Assembly: GCA_963664015.2 (NCBI GenBank)
Contig: CAXXLF010000002.1
Location: 1,408,001-1,472,000 of the forward strand
Length of the DNA: 64,000 nt
Source: Candidatus Binatia bacterium
GTDB lineage: Bacteria > Desulfobacterota > Binatia > UBA9968 > CAXXLF01
Direction: 5' to 3'
Shown here: one piece after another, positions 12,871 through 25,547 of the stretch
How positions within the stretch are numbered: the first letter of the stretch is position 1
How the letters are laid out: each line of letters begins with the position of its first letter
Program-made: the position numbers and the translations under genes
The notes under the pieces: model-generated
What the model was told of the DNA's origin: nothing
The model's input: only the letters and a program-made list of their open reading frames with translations
Database searches by the model: none

Positions 12871-14049
12871 GTGAAACGCACCCTCAGCCTTTACGTGATC
12901 TCCGAGATCCTGACCCCCTTCTTGCTGGGTCTCATGGCCTTCACCTTTGTTCTACTCACGGCTCGGATCCTCAAACTCGTCGAGCTCTTGATCACCCGGG
13001 GAGTTCCGTTTTTACAGATCGGCAAGCTCTTCACCCTCATCCTGCCCACCTTCCTGGAGATGACGTTGCCCATGGCGCTCTTGCTCGGTATCCTCATGGG
13101 ATTGTCTACATTGTCCAGTGATCAGGAAATTCTCGCCTTCAAGGCATGCGGCGTCAGCCCGCTTCAAATCCTGCTACCCATCGGGACCGTGGCCCTGTTC
13201 GTTTCCCTGTTTACCTTAATGATCAGCACACACGTGGGCCCCGCCGCCAATCTTGCCCTCAAGAAGGAACTCTACAACATAGCCAAGACCCGTGTGGGAG
13301 CAGCACTCAAAGAAAAGGTCTTTAACGATGACTTCCCCAAGGTGCTGATCTACGTGGAGGAGGTGATTCCTCCCGGCAACACGTCTCAAGGAGTCCTCAT
13401 TGTAGACCGTCGCGATCCCGTGCGGGAAAATATCATATTCGGCAAAATGGCGATTTTCTTGTCTGATGATAATTCGGAGGCACTGAGCTTGAAGATTTTT
13501 GACGGCGTCCTGCACGAAAGAGAAAAAAACCAGCCGGACTTTAGCCAGACCCATTTCAGCACCTATCACTTCAAGCTCGAACTCGATCAAGCTTTCAATC
13601 TGGTACGGAAAAAGGGAGAAAAGCCCAAAGAGATGTCCCTTCGTCAACTGGGACGTTCCATCCGGAGCAAGGAGGCTCAGGGGCTCAAACCCACTGCCGA
13701 ACTCATTGAACTGCATCAGAGATTCTCTTTTCCTTTTGCCCCCCTGGTTTTCTGTATTCTTGGAGTCGCTTTGGTTATGATCCCAACGGGATCCCGTGGG
13801 GGGCGTTTCTGGGGTCTTGTTTCCTGCCTATTCTGGTTGCTTCTCTATTATACTTTATTTTCCGCTGGGCGCGCCCTGGCGGAGAAAGAGATACTGGCTC
13901 CATCCCTTGCCATGTGGCTCCCCAACATCGTCATCGGCCTGATCGCCATTTATATTTTTCAAAAGGCAATGAGGGAATCTCCTCCCCTGTTAGAGGTAAT
14001 TTGGCAAAAGGGTTCAGCCTTTTGGAGTCGGAGATTCACCTCCCAGTAA
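12871..14049 (+). CDS. lptF: LPS export ABC transporter permease LptF
   Basis: 3 TM + periplasmic domain + 3 TM layout; LSSDQEILAFKACGVS coupling helix; AMWLPNIV; upstream of an LptG-type gene. Confidence 0.92.
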   Translation: MKRTLSLYVISEILTPFLLGLMAFTFVLLTARILKLVELLITRGVPFLQIGKLFTLILPTFLEMTLPMALLLGILMGLSTLSSDQEILAFKACGVSPLQILLPIGTVALFVSLFTLMISTHVGPAANLALKKELYNIAKTRVGAALKEKVFNDDFPKVLIYVEEVIPPGNTSQGVLIVDRRDPVRENIIFGKMAIFLSDDNSEALSLKIFDGVLHEREKNQPDFSQTHFSTYHFKLELDQAFNLVRKKGEKPKEMSLRQLGRSIRSKEAQGLKPTAELIELHQRFSFPFAPLVFCILGVALVMIPTGSRGGRFWGLVSCLFWLLLYYTLFSAGRALAEKEILAPSLAMWLPNIVIGLIAIYIFQKAMRESPPLLEVIWQKGSAFWSRRFTSQ

Positions 14050-14073
14050 AGGAGGCGTTTTTAAAATGGCCCA

Positions 14074-14375
14074 TGGACTCCATAATATGGAGAGGGACCG
14101 TTCATGACCAAAGCTGATCTAATTGAATCTGCAACCAACAAATCGGGACTCCCCAGGCAGAGTGTTGAGAATATCATTAATGATGTTTTCAACGGCATAA
14201 CAGCTGCATTAAAAAGCGGAGATAAGGTGAATATCTCCGGATTTGGAACGTTTTCGATTTCCCAACGTAAGGCAAGGACTGGGAGAAATCCCAAAACTGG
14301 AGAATCGATTCAGATTACTGCTTCTCGTGCTGCAAAATTTAAGGCTGGTAAGGGTTTAAAAGAATCCCTCGCCTG
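14074..14375 (+). repeat. Inverted ~300-bp duplicate of hup plus 30 nt of 5' UTR (partner at 17791-18092, minus strand)
   Basis: Manual alignment: 8 mismatches in 270 coding nt and 3 in the 30 upstream nt; TGG replaces the TGA stop. Confidence 0.97.
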
Positions 14376-15486
14376 GGAAGCCCCCGATCGTAACGTCTCA
14401 CTCCCCTTCGGAAGCATCCTGGATCGTTACCTGGTGCGCAGCTTTAACCGGGTCTTCGTCCCCACATTGATGGCAATAGGTTTTGTGTACTTCACCGTGG
14501 AGTTCTTTGATCGCATTGATAATCTGATGAGGGCAGGAGCCTCCGCCGGGGCTGCCACGAGATACTTCCTGTATAAGATTCCCCTGCTGATTTCACGGGT
14601 GTTTGGTTTTGCCACCCTCTTTTCCACCCTTTTAACGATCGGGATGCTATCACGAACCTATGAAATCACCGCAATGCGCGCATCGGGCCTGAGTCTACAC
14701 CGCCTTGCTGCACCCTTGCTCTTCGTTTCCATGCTCATTGGAATGCTATCCTTCATGTGGAACGAGAGCCTGGTACCGCTGTTCACCCGTAAGTCCCAAT
14801 ACATCTACAAGGTCGAAGTTAAAAACCAGACCCCCAAGAGCCTCATTGGGACCCAGGGGATATGGATCCGTGGCAAAGAGGCCTTTATCAGTGTGGACTA
14901 CTTCGACGCCAAGAAAAATATACTCCAGGGGGTCACCATTTACCTCATCAACTCCGAATTTACCCTTCAAGGACTCATCGAGTCCCCTGAGGCCCGTTGG
15001 GACGGGTCACGCTGGCGCACCGGCGAGAGTACCGGATGGACCTTGCTGTCCGACGGCCGGCTTAGCCAGCAGCAGGCAACCGTAAGGGTTCTCCCCATCT
15101 CCGAGAAACCGGAAGACTTCAAGATCCTGGCCCGCAAGGCAGAAGAGTTCAACTTCTTCGAGCTCAAGCGGCAAATCAAAGATCTAACCGATAAGGGGAT
15201 TGATACCACCGAGTACGCAGTCGATCTGCAGGTCAAGCTTGCGTTTCCAATGATCCCTTCCCTCATGGTCCTACTGGCTATCCCCTTTGCCCTCAAACAG
15301 GGGACCCGAGCGGGAGTTGCGATCTCCTTTGGATTTACCATGCTCATCGGGCTCGCCCACCTGACCCTCATGGCCTTTTGCGTTTCTCTCGGCCATAGCG
15401 GTGCCATGCAGCCATGGATGGCCGCATGGTTACCCAATTTCGTATTGGCATTAGTTGGGATCTATTACATGACCGGTGAGGAGTAA
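14104..15486 (+). CDS. lptG: HU (residues 1-90) fused in frame to LPS export permease LptG
   Basis: Residues 1-90 are 84/90 identical to HU at 17790-18062 (ISGFGTF...RTGRNPKTGE). From about residue 105 it is LptG-type: ILDRYL, EITAMRASGLSL, AAWLPN. No stop and no in-frame ATG/GTG/TTG lies between the HU part and ILDRY. Confidence 0.9.
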   Translation: MTKADLIESATNKSGLPRQSVENIINDVFNGITAALKSGDKVNISGFGTFSISQRKARTGRNPKTGESIQITASRAAKFKAGKGLKESLAWEAPDRNVSLPFGSILDRYLVRSFNRVFVPTLMAIGFVYFTVEFFDRIDNLMRAGASAGAATRYFLYKIPLLISRVFGFATLFSTLLTIGMLSRTYEITAMRASGLSLHRLAAPLLFVSMLIGMLSFMWNESLVPLFTRKSQYIYKVEVKNQTPKSLIGTQGIWIRGKEAFISVDYFDAKKNILQGVTIYLINSEFTLQGLIESPEARWDGSRWRTGESTGWTLLSDGRLSQQQATVRVLPISEKPEDFKILARKAEEFNFFELKRQIKDLTDKGIDTTEYAVDLQVKLAFPMIPSLMVLLAIPFALKQGTRAGVAISFGFTMLIGLAHLTLMAFCVSLGHSGAMQPWMAAWLPNFVLALVGIYYMTGEE

Positions 15487-15504
15487 CCGGTCCCCGACAG
15501 GCCG

Positions 15505-16587
15505 CTAAGGGACCAGGGCCGATCCCTGAAGCGCCTCTGTCTCCGGGAATCCGCACATCAGGTTCATATTTTGCACGGCCTGGCCTGCGGCCCCCTTGAC
15601 GAGGTTGTCAATGGCGGTGATTACCACCAAACGCTTCAAGCGAGGTTCGATACGCAGTCCGATGGCACAATCGTTGGAGCCCCGGACATCCTTGGTCTCG
15701 GGAAAACAGCCGGGAGGAAGTAGACGGACGAAGGGTTCACCCCGATAATAGTTCCGGTAGACCTCGGTGATTCTTTCCTCCTCTAGCGGCTTCACCAGCT
15801 CAAAATACAGTGTGGACAATATACCTCGATTCATGGGGACCAAATGAGGCACGAATATTACGGGAACTGTCTTTTTGGCAATCCAACTAAGTTCCTGTTC
15901 AATCTCCGGTGCGTGGCGATGGGTGCCCACCTGATAGGCCTTGAAATTCTCGTTGACCTCGCTATAGGAAAGCTCAACTGAACCGGCTCTGCCGGCTCCG
16001 GTTACACCGGATTTGGAATCGACCAGGACCGGACCACGAACGAGCTTTGCGGCAACCAGGGGAACCGCCCCTAGCAGGGCACCTGTTGGGTAACAGCCCG
16101 GATTTGCCACGAGCCCCGCTCGGACGATCCGCTTTCGATTGAGCTCAGACAAGCCGTAAATGGCCCGGGACAGGAGATGGGGGGCCTTGTGAGGCCGGTA
16201 CCACTTAGCATAGACTTTGGGGTCGTGAAGTCGAAAATCGGCGCTCAGATCGATAACCCGTCTTCCTGCTTTGAACAGGGCGGGGACCAGATCCATCGAG
16301 GTCTCATGGGGCAGGGCTGTAAAAACCAGGTCGCACCGGGGGAGAATTGTTTCAAGGTTGATCTCCTCCAAAACCATGTCACACCGACCCGCCAACGACG
16401 GGTAGATCTCACAGATGTTCTTTCCGGTATATTGCTGGGAGGTCAGCACCGACAACTGGACGCGCGGATGCTGGACTAGGAGGCGCAACAGCTCAACCCC
16501 CGCATAACCCGTGGCACCCAACACGGCCACACGGAGTTGGGCCGTGTTCTTGAGGGGACCGCTTGCAGTCCTAGCCAACGATTTCAA
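15505..16587 (-). CDS. argC: N-acetyl-gamma-glutamyl-phosphate reductase
   Basis: [38 protein letters not shown]. Confidence 0.98.
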   Translation of the reverse strand: MKSLARTASGPLKNTAQLRVAVLGATGYAGVELLRLLVQHPRVQLSVLTSQQYTGKNICEIYPSLAGRCDMVLEEINLETILPRCDLVFTALPHETSMDLVPALFKAGRRVIDLSADFRLHDPKVYAKWYRPHKAPHLLSRAIYGLSELNRKRIVRAGLVANPGCYPTGALLGAVPLVAAKLVRGPVLVDSKSGVTGAGRAGSVELSYSEVNENFKAYQVGTHRHAPEIEQELSWIAKKTVPVIFVPHLVPMNRGILSTLYFELVKPLEEERITEVYRNYYRGEPFVRLLPPGCFPETKDVRGSNDCAIGLRIEPRLKRLVVITAIDNLVKGAAGQAVQNMNLMCGFPETEALQGSALVP

Positions 16588-16976
16588 CGTTTAGAGTATT
16601 GGGGACGCTTGCGCGCTTTGTGGAGACCGTATTTCTTTCGTTCTACCGCGCGCGGGTCTCGGGTGACAAAACCCGCCTTTTTTAGCGGTGCACGAAATTC
16701 CGGATTGAGTCGCATAAGGGCACGGGTGATCCCATGGCGAATAGCCCCCGCCTGACCCGATATCCCCCCCCCACAGACATTGACCTGGATATCGTAACTG
16801 CCTTCGCCGTGAATTAAGTCCAGAGGCTGTTGTACAATACGGCGGGCCGTTTCACGACCGAAATAGTCGTTCAGGGAACGATGGTTGACTCGGATCTCCC
16901 CTTTGCCGTGTTTTAGAAAAACTCTGGCGACTGAGGTCTTCCGCCGTCCGGTTGCGTAATAACTTTCTTCTGCCAT
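16584..16976 (-). CDS. rpsI: 30S ribosomal protein S9
   Basis: [37 protein letters not shown]. Confidence 0.99.
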   Translation of the reverse strand: MAEESYYATGRRKTSVARVFLKHGKGEIRVNHRSLNDYFGRETARRIVQQPLDLIHGEGSYDIQVNVCGGGISGQAGAIRHGITRALMRLNPEFRAPLKKAGFVTRDPRAVERKKYGLHKARKRPQYSKR

Positions 16977-16986
16977 GAATTTAGCC

Positions 16987-17427
16987 TTAGCCGCCGATTA
17001 CCAGCGGTTGTGGGTTTTGGGCCTCATGAGGATGCTCTGGACCCGGGTAGATTTTTAATTTCCGCAGTAGTTCCCTGCTTAAACGATTCCTTGGCAACAT
17101 CCCTTTGACAGCCAATTGCACAATCGCAGTGGGCTTTTTCTCACGCATTTTGGCGGCTGTAGTCTCACGAATTCCGCCGGGATACTCGGAATGGCGGTAG
17201 TAGGTTTTCTGTTCCCACTTCCTTCCTGTCAGGGCTATTTGCTTGGCATTCACCACGATGACGAAGTCGCCAACGTCCACGTGGGGGGAGAAAATGGGTT
17301 TGTGCTTACCTCTGAGTACCCTCGCTACTGCCGTTGCCAATCTGCCGAGAACCTTCCCTTGCGCGTCCACGATATACCACTGGCGTTGGGCCAAGGCGTC
17401 TTTTTTATTCATCTGAAAGGTTCCCAT
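16987..17427 (-). CDS. rplM: 50S ribosomal protein L13
   Basis: WYIVDA...[26 protein letters not shown]. Start placed at ATG 17427. Confidence 0.98.
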   Translation of the reverse strand: MGTFQMNKKDALAQRQWYIVDAQGKVLGRLATAVARVLRGKHKPIFSPHVDVGDFVIVVNAKQIALTGRKWEQKTYYRHSEYPGGIRETTAAKMREKKPTAIVQLAVKGMLPRNRLSRELLRKLKIYPGPEHPHEAQNPQPLVIGG

Positions 17428-17503
17428 GTCAGGAATCAATCCATTCGGCCAGAAGGCCAGATATCTTCCAGCCTCCTGGCGAATCAGCTCTCTTAATTAA
17501 TAA

Positions 17504-17580
<77 letters not shown>

Positions 17581-17622
17581 ATCACTTATCAATTGAGCTC
17601 AGTCTATTTATGTCACTCAGTA

Positions 17623-17694
17623 TGGGCGGTACAGGATTTGAACCTGTGACCCTCGGCTTGTAAGGCCGATGCTCTCCCACTGAGCTAACCGCCC
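17623..17694 (-). tRNA. tRNA-Val(TAC), CCA not encoded
   Basis: GGGCGGT/ACCGCCC stem, loop CT-TAC-AA. Confidence 0.97.
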
Positions 17695-17789
17695 CCTCGC
17701 GGTTCCGGATTCGACCCGTGAGTACCAACTCAGATCCGGTACCGACTCTCATTTACCCCGGTTATCCGTATCCAGTCGATAAGAGTGAA

Positions 17790-18062
17790 TCAGGCGAGGG
17801 ATTCTTTTAAACCCTTACCAGCCTTAAATTTTGCAGCACGAGAAGCAGTAATCTGAATCGATTCTCCAGTTTTTGGATTTCTCCCAGTCCTTGCCTTACG
17901 TTGGGAAATCGCAAATGTTCCAAATCCGGAGATATTCACCTTCTCTCCGCTTTTTAATGCAGCTGTTATGCCGTTGAAAACCTCATTAATGATATCCTCA
18001 ACACTCTGCTTGGGGAGTCCCGCTTTGTTGGTTGCAGATTCAATTAGATCAGCTTTGGTCAT
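17790..18062 (-). CDS. hup: DNA-binding protein HU
   Basis: 90 aa, GFGTF...RTGRNPKTGE signature; classic lon-hup synteny. Confidence 0.97.
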   Translation of the reverse strand: MTKADLIESATNKAGLPKQSVEDIINEVFNGITAALKSGEKVNISGFGTFAISQRKARTGRNPKTGESIQITASRAAKFKAGKGLKESLA

Positions 18063-18107
18063 GAACGGTCCCTCTCTATATTAGGAAGTCCAACGGTATA
18101 ATGTTGG

Positions 18108-18137
18108 CTTATAGCAGCACATCCGTAGCTATGTCAA
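18108..18137 (-). promoter_or_regulatory. Sigma70-type promoter of hup
   Basis: TTGACA (18137-18132), 18-nt spacer ending in TGC, TATAAG (18113-18108). Confidence 0.65.
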
Positions 18138-18172
18138 CCAAAACCCCATTCAGCCTGAACCGGAGGCGTGGA

Positions 18173-20629
<2,457 letters not shown>

Positions 20630-20642
20630 AAAAGCTTTCTCC

Positions 20643-21896
20643 CTATGCGCTTTCTGCCGCCTTACTATATACAACGATCGGCGGGCCGTTGCGAGTCACC
20701 ACCTCATCGGAAATGATGACCTCTTTAATGTCCGGTTGGGAGGGCATTTCATACATCACATCCAGCATTGAGTTTTCCATGATTGCCCGAAGTCCACGGG
20801 CACCGGATTTCCGTTTCATGCCCTCTGCGGCAATAGCCCAGAGGGCCTCTTCGGTAAATTTGAGATGAACCCCTTCCATCTCGAAGAGCTTCACGTACTG
20901 CTTGGTCAACGCATTTTTGGGTTCCTTCAAGATCCGCACCAGGGCAGCCTCATCGAGCTCCTCCAGAGTTGCTATGACCGGCAACCGGCCGATAAATTCC
21001 GGAATCAAGCCAAATTTCAAAAGGTCTTCCGGTTGCACCTCGTGCAACAGTTCAATATCCTGTCGCCCATCCTGCCGTTCGATCTCTCCTCCGAAACCCA
21101 TTCTCTTGCGTCCCGTCCTGCGCCGGATAATATCTTCCAACCCCACAAAGGCCCCACCACAGACAAAGAGGATATTGGTCGTATCCACCTGCAAAAACTC
21201 CTGCTGTGGATGCTTCCGGCCCCCCTTGGGAGGCACACTGGCCATGGTCCCCTCGATAATCTTTAGCAGCGCCTGTTGCACCCCTTCGCCGGAAACGTCC
21301 CGCGTAATGGAAGGGTTTTCCGATTTGCGCGATATCTTATCGATCTCATCAATGTAGACGATCCCGCGCTGGGCCTTTTCAACATCATAATCGGCCGCCT
21401 GCAAAAGGTTTAAGATGATATTCTCGACGTCCTCACCTACGTATCCGGCCTCTGTCAGGCTCGTGGCATCGGCGATGGTAAAAGGGACATGAAGAAAACG
21501 CGCCAGAGTCTGGGCCAGCAACGTCTTGCCTGAGCCCGTGGGTCCAAGCAAAAGAATGTTGCTCTTTTGTAGTTCTGCATCGCCCGATGCCAGCTGGGTA
21601 TCGATGCGTTTGTAGTGGTTGTGGACGGCCACGGAAAGGATTTTTTTGGCCCGCTCTTGCCCCACCACGTATTGATCCAATACCCGCTTGACCTCTATCG
21701 GCTTCGGTACACCCGAGGAGGACGAAAGGGTCTCTTCGTGATCGCACTCCTCTGCAATAATATCGTTACATAGGTCGATGCATTCATCGCAGATGTAAAC
21801 CGTTGGTCCGGCAATGAGCTTGCGGACCTCATCCTGGCTCTTGCCGCAGAAAGAGCAAACCAGATTCCCTGATCGGTCGTCACCGTGCTTTGGCAT
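20643..21896 (-). CDS. clpX: Clp protease ATPase subunit ClpX
   Basis: CSFCGK...ICDECIDLC zinc domain, [14 protein letters not shown]. Confidence 0.99.
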   Translation of the reverse strand: MPKHGDDRSGNLVCSFCGKSQDEVRKLIAGPTVYICDECIDLCNDIIAEECDHEETLSSSSGVPKPIEVKRVLDQYVVGQERAKKILSVAVHNHYKRIDTQLASGDAELQKSNILLLGPTGSGKTLLAQTLARFLHVPFTIADATSLTEAGYVGEDVENIILNLLQAADYDVEKAQRGIVYIDEIDKISRKSENPSITRDVSGEGVQQALLKIIEGTMASVPPKGGRKHPQQEFLQVDTTNILFVCGGAFVGLEDIIRRRTGRKRMGFGGEIERQDGRQDIELLHEVQPEDLLKFGLIPEFIGRLPVIATLEELDEAALVRILKEPKNALTKQYVKLFEMEGVHLKFTEEALWAIAAEGMKRKSGARGLRAIMENSMLDVMYEMPSQPDIKEVIISDEVVTRNGPPIVVYSKAAESA

Positions 21897-21923
21897 AGCA
21901 GAGTTCCTCTAAATGCTTTTAGC

Positions 21924-22526
21924 TTACTTCTTTGGATCGACTTCCCAACGGTTGGCGATCACTTCATCCACCAGACCGTATTCCAACGCCTGTTTGCCGG
22001 ACATAAAAAAATCACGGTCCGTGTCTTTCTCGATCTTTTTGATACTTTGGCCCGTGTGCTTCACCAGAATATTGTTTAACTCCTCGCGCATTCTGAGGAT
22101 CTCCCGCGCATGTATATCGATATCAGCCGCAACCCCCTCGAAGCCGCCCAAGGGCTGATGAATCATAATGCGTGAATGGGGCAAGGCGTTTCGTTTTCCA
22201 CTGGATCCGGCAGCCAAAAGGATCGCTCCCATACTCGCCGCCTGTCCCATACATACGGTCGAGACCTGGGGCTTGATGTATTCCATGGTATCGTAGATGG
22301 CTAATCCGGAGGTGACCGATCCTCCGGGCGAATTGATATAGAAAAAAATATCCCGCTCGGGGTCCTCCGACTCCAGAAAGAGCAACTGGGCCGTGATCAC
22401 ATTGGCCACATCGTCATTGATCGGGCTCCCCAAAAATACGATCCGGTCCTTTAGTAAACGGGAATAGATGTCGTAAGCTCGCTCACCGCGCCCGGTTTGT
22501 TCAACTACCATTGGAATAAAATTCAT
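21924..22526 (-). CDS. clpP: Clp protease proteolytic subunit
   Basis: [25 protein letters not shown]. Confidence 0.99.
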   Translation of the reverse strand: MNFIPMVVEQTGRGERAYDIYSRLLKDRIVFLGSPINDDVANVITAQLLFLESEDPERDIFFYINSPGGSVTSGLAIYDTMEYIKPQVSTVCMGQAASMGAILLAAGSSGKRNALPHSRIMIHQPLGGFEGVAADIDIHAREILRMREELNNILVKHTGQSIKKIEKDTDRDFFMSGKQALEYGLVDEVIANRWEVDPKK

Positions 22527-22558
22527 CTTTGGCCTATTCCTTGTCCCGCTATAATATT

Positions 22559-23905
22559 TTATCTCTTTTCCTTGCGCTCATCAACCTTTGATTTTGATAA
22601 TGGGTTAGATGTATTCAACGATTCCATTTCTTCTACCTTAGCGTGTTCTAACAAGAAGTCCAAAGTCCGCTCAAAAACAAGCTGCGACCGAAGATCCTGC
22701 CGGGCATCTTCTCTTTTATAATAATCGCGCAAGGCGATGGCCTGATCTTTGACCGAACGCACCAGTTCATCGATTCGCTTCTGCAAATCATCGTCGCTAA
22801 CCTTGATCTTTTCCTTATCCGCAATGGTTTCCACCAGGAGCGTACCCTGGACCTGTCGACGAGCCTGGGGCTCGAGCTCCTTTCGCAGCTCTTCGAGGGA
22901 GCGGCCTTGAGTTCCGTCGGGGGAGCCGGCGGGATCGGGACTCCGTTGCTGGCGTTCCATGAGATAACGAAGTTGCTGATCCAGCATGGCGCTGGGCACT
23001 TCAAAGTCATGGGATTCAATCAAATGGCTGAGAAGCTGCTCTTTTAATTCCCGAGTTTGGATCTCCCCAAGTTCCGACTCCAAGCGTCCCCGCACCTTTT
23101 CCCTCAACTCCTTCACCGAATCGCATTCACCGTAGTCCTTGGCAAATTCGTCGTCCAAGGAAGGCACGACCTTGGTCTTGATCTCCTTGACATGGATACT
23201 GAAGACGGCTTCTTTCCCCGCCAGTTGCTTATTGGGAGCCTCGTTGGGAAAGGTCAAAGTAATCGAATGGTCAATCCCCGTCTTCAATCCCACGAGGGCC
23301 TCTTCAAACTGGGGCAACGCCCTCCCCCCATTTACCTGTAGAAGGTAGTTCTCCCCTTTATTTTCAGGGAAGGGTTTGCCGTCAACGGTACCGACAAAAT
23401 CGAGTTGTACAAAGTCTTCCGTCTGCACGACATCCCGATCCTCCACCGGCTGTAGCTGAGCATGGGCGTCCTGGAGGCCCTTCAACGCGTCGTCGATCTG
23501 GCTGTCTTCAACCTTCAGCTTGAGCCTTTCCATTTCCAGGCCCAAGTAATTTTTGATATCAATTTCCGGCTTAACTTCGATTACGGCGGAGAAGGTAAAT
23601 GGGCTTCCATCGGCCAGATCCCCAGGTTCCACTTCCGGACGGGAAACCACGTGCAAACCCTTTTCCTGGACAACCTGCCGTAGAGACTGCTCCACCAAGT
23701 TGGCCAGCGTTCGACTCTTCACCTCGTCACCATAGATCCCTTGAAGAACCTGGCGCGGGACCTTCCCGGCTCGGAATCCCTTGACGCGGGACCGCTGGCT
23801 CACACTGCCATAGGCACGGGTGAACTCCTCCTTGACAGTGTCACCGGGGACCTGGACTCGGATTTTGCGCTGGACCGGGCTCAAGACATCGATATCGAAT
23901 TTCAT
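22559..23905 (-). CDS. tig: Trigger factor
   Basis: GFRAGKVP ribosome-binding motif, FKBP domain; tig-clpP-clpX-lon order. Confidence 0.97.
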   Translation of the reverse strand: MKFDIDVLSPVQRKIRVQVPGDTVKEEFTRAYGSVSQRSRVKGFRAGKVPRQVLQGIYGDEVKSRTLANLVEQSLRQVVQEKGLHVVSRPEVEPGDLADGSPFTFSAVIEVKPEIDIKNYLGLEMERLKLKVEDSQIDDALKGLQDAHAQLQPVEDRDVVQTEDFVQLDFVGTVDGKPFPENKGENYLLQVNGGRALPQFEEALVGLKTGIDHSITLTFPNEAPNKQLAGKEAVFSIHVKEIKTKVVPSLDDEFAKDYGECDSVKELREKVRGRLESELGEIQTRELKEQLLSHLIESHDFEVPSAMLDQQLRYLMERQQRSPDPAGSPDGTQGRSLEELRKELEPQARRQVQGTLLVETIADKEKIKVSDDDLQKRIDELVRSVKDQAIALRDYYKREDARQDLRSQLVFERTLDFLLEHAKVEEMESLNTSNPLSKSKVDERKEKR

Positions 23906-23962
23906 ATTTCGCTTCCCAATTCAGAACTGTGAAAGATTCTTAATATACAATTTAATTAACAA

Positions 23963-24045
23963 TGGTGCGAGAGGGGGGATTCGAACCCCCACGGTTACCC
24001 GCTAGATCCTAAGTCTAGTGCGTCTGCCAATTCCGCCACTCTCGC
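23963..24045 (-). tRNA. tRNA-Leu(TAG)
   Basis: GCGAGAG/CTCTCGC stem, loop CT-TAG-GA, variable arm, encoded CCA. Confidence 0.98.
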
Positions 24046-24140
24046 ACCCCCACTTTCGCAAGATGCGTAGCCACGCCCCACTGCAACTCCCGGCCTCGCC
24101 CCACAGGGCCAAGGCCTCCCTTATAACTATTGGAAAGAAC

Positions 24141-24168
24141 AGTATGAAACAACAGGAAGTTATGTCAA
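24141..24168 (-). promoter_or_regulatory. Candidate sigma70 promoter for tRNA-Leu-tig
   Basis: TTGACA-16 nt-CATACT on the minus strand. Confidence 0.45.
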
Positions 24169-24388
24169 GCACCGACCGGGGGCATTATTGAGGGGTCGTA
24201 TCCCCAATATAGATTCTCCGTGACGGACTGAGTCCGAATTATTGTCCACATTGTTGAGTGCACCGGTTAGACGAAGAGGCAAACGTGAGCAGTCGAACAA
24301 TAGAGGATTAGAACGCATCTATGCATTTTTCATTGTTCCAATGTCTAGTGCTCCAATGCTCTAAAATTTTGCACCGCAAAATTTTTGA

Positions 24389-24461
24389 TGGGCCGCCGGA
24401 GGCTCGAACTCCGGACCCGCTGATTAAGAATCAGCTGCTCTACCAACTGAGCTAGCGGCCC
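24389..24461 (-). tRNA. tRNA-Lys(CTT), CCA not encoded
   Basis: GGGCCGC/GCGGCCC stem, loop TT-CTT-AA. Confidence 0.97.
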
Positions 24462-24924
24462 ATCACATCATTCAGTAACCTAACCTAACATAATATTACA
24501 AGGGCCTAATGAGGGCTCGGTGCAAGGGATATATGGGAGCGAAGATTTTTTTAGGGTAGCATGCCGCCGGCTATTTGCAAAGTCTGAAGACGGTTCCAAG
24601 CCAATTGGAAGAAAGGACAAGAGAGGGGGGGGCCGGGGACCAAGTGATACAGCGCCTGGTGGTCACCTCCTTCTTAGATGGTACCATCATATATATAAGG
24701 GAACGGGTTGATCCAACTGCACGGCTCCCGGCCCCACTTAGGCCGTTCCAAACAAGGCCACCTCGTGGTGAAAAATGCAAGGGAAAAGCATCAGACAGAG
24801 GTCTTTGACCGGGCTGAAAAACACACGCGCATTGCTACGCAAATTCCAGCTCACACGTCGGGTCTCCAAGCCCGGTCGAAAGCCCCACCGTTGGGAGGCT
24901 TCCTATCCGCAGGGAATTAATTGG

Positions 24925-25077
24925 TCTCTGGATTTAGAGCCTAGACTATTATTTGCCGTTCTCGATGACGCCATTGCCAAATATCCGCGAAGGCGGCAAA
25001 GGGGCTTCAAGACCTCGGCGTCGGCCAAGGGAAAGTCAGGGGGGGAAGGAATAAACTATCTGTCAATTTTGCAAATT
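24925..25077 (+). pseudogene. Degenerate remnant resembling the hypothetical protein at 52264-52722
   Basis: LEPRLLFAVLDDAIAKY aligns by eye with LEPEKRLMLSVLEDAVACFQKY; the frame runs into tRNA-His. Confidence 0.45.
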
Positions 25078-25155
25078 TGGGGTGAGTGAAGGGACTTGAA
25101 CCCTCAACCCCTGGTGCCACAGACCAGTGCTCTAACCATTTGAGCTACACTCACC
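25078..25155 (-). tRNA. tRNA-His(GTG)
   Basis: G-1 plus GTGAGTG/CACTCAC stem, C discriminator, loop CT-GTG-GC, encoded CCA. Confidence 0.98.
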
Positions 25156-25171
25156 ACATCCCAGGCCCGAT

Positions 25172-25248
25172 TGGTGCGCCAGAAGGGATTTGAACCCCTG
25201 ACCTACGGCTTAGAAGGCCGTTGCTCTATCCACCTGAGCTACTGGCGC
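25172..25248 (-). tRNA. tRNA-Arg(TCT)
   Basis: GCGCCAG/CTGGCGC stem, loop CT-TCT-AA, encoded CCA. Confidence 0.98.
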
Positions 25249-25397
25249 CGGTAGTTAGAATTTAGTTAATGGTCAATAGTCCTACCATCCCGCCTCCATT
25301 TAGAACAGAGCCGATGACTACTGACTGTTGGCAATTGGCCGCGATGGAGCCAGTTTGGCCAGCTTTATTGCGCTATTGCTCAATCACTCCATTGCTC

Positions 25398-25427
25398 TAA
25401 AGCAAACGCACGATTGCGTTTGCTTTA
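25398..25427. repeat. Perfect 13-bp hairpin directly 3' of tRNA-Pro
   Basis: TAAAGCAAACGCA-CGAT-TGCGTTTGCTTTA. Confidence 0.8.
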
Positions 25428-25428
25428 C

Positions 25429-25509
<81 letters not shown>

Positions 25510-25547
25510 TACCAAGCAGGGTCATTGTACACTCGGCGCAGATGATT

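Noticed and set aside
14074-14375. hup duplicate as a simple assembly artefact
   Set aside because: The copies differ at 11 positions plus the stop codon, and the junctions reconstruct a coherent ancestral lptG start. A strain chimera cannot be fully excluded without reads.
15505-16976. argC overlapping the rpsI stop codon
   Set aside because: rplM-rpsI-argC order is familiar from deltaproteobacterial genomes, so not novel.
24462-25077. Prophage or island integrated at tRNA-His or tRNA-Lys
   Set aside because: No integrase and no duplicated tRNA 3' end found by eye.
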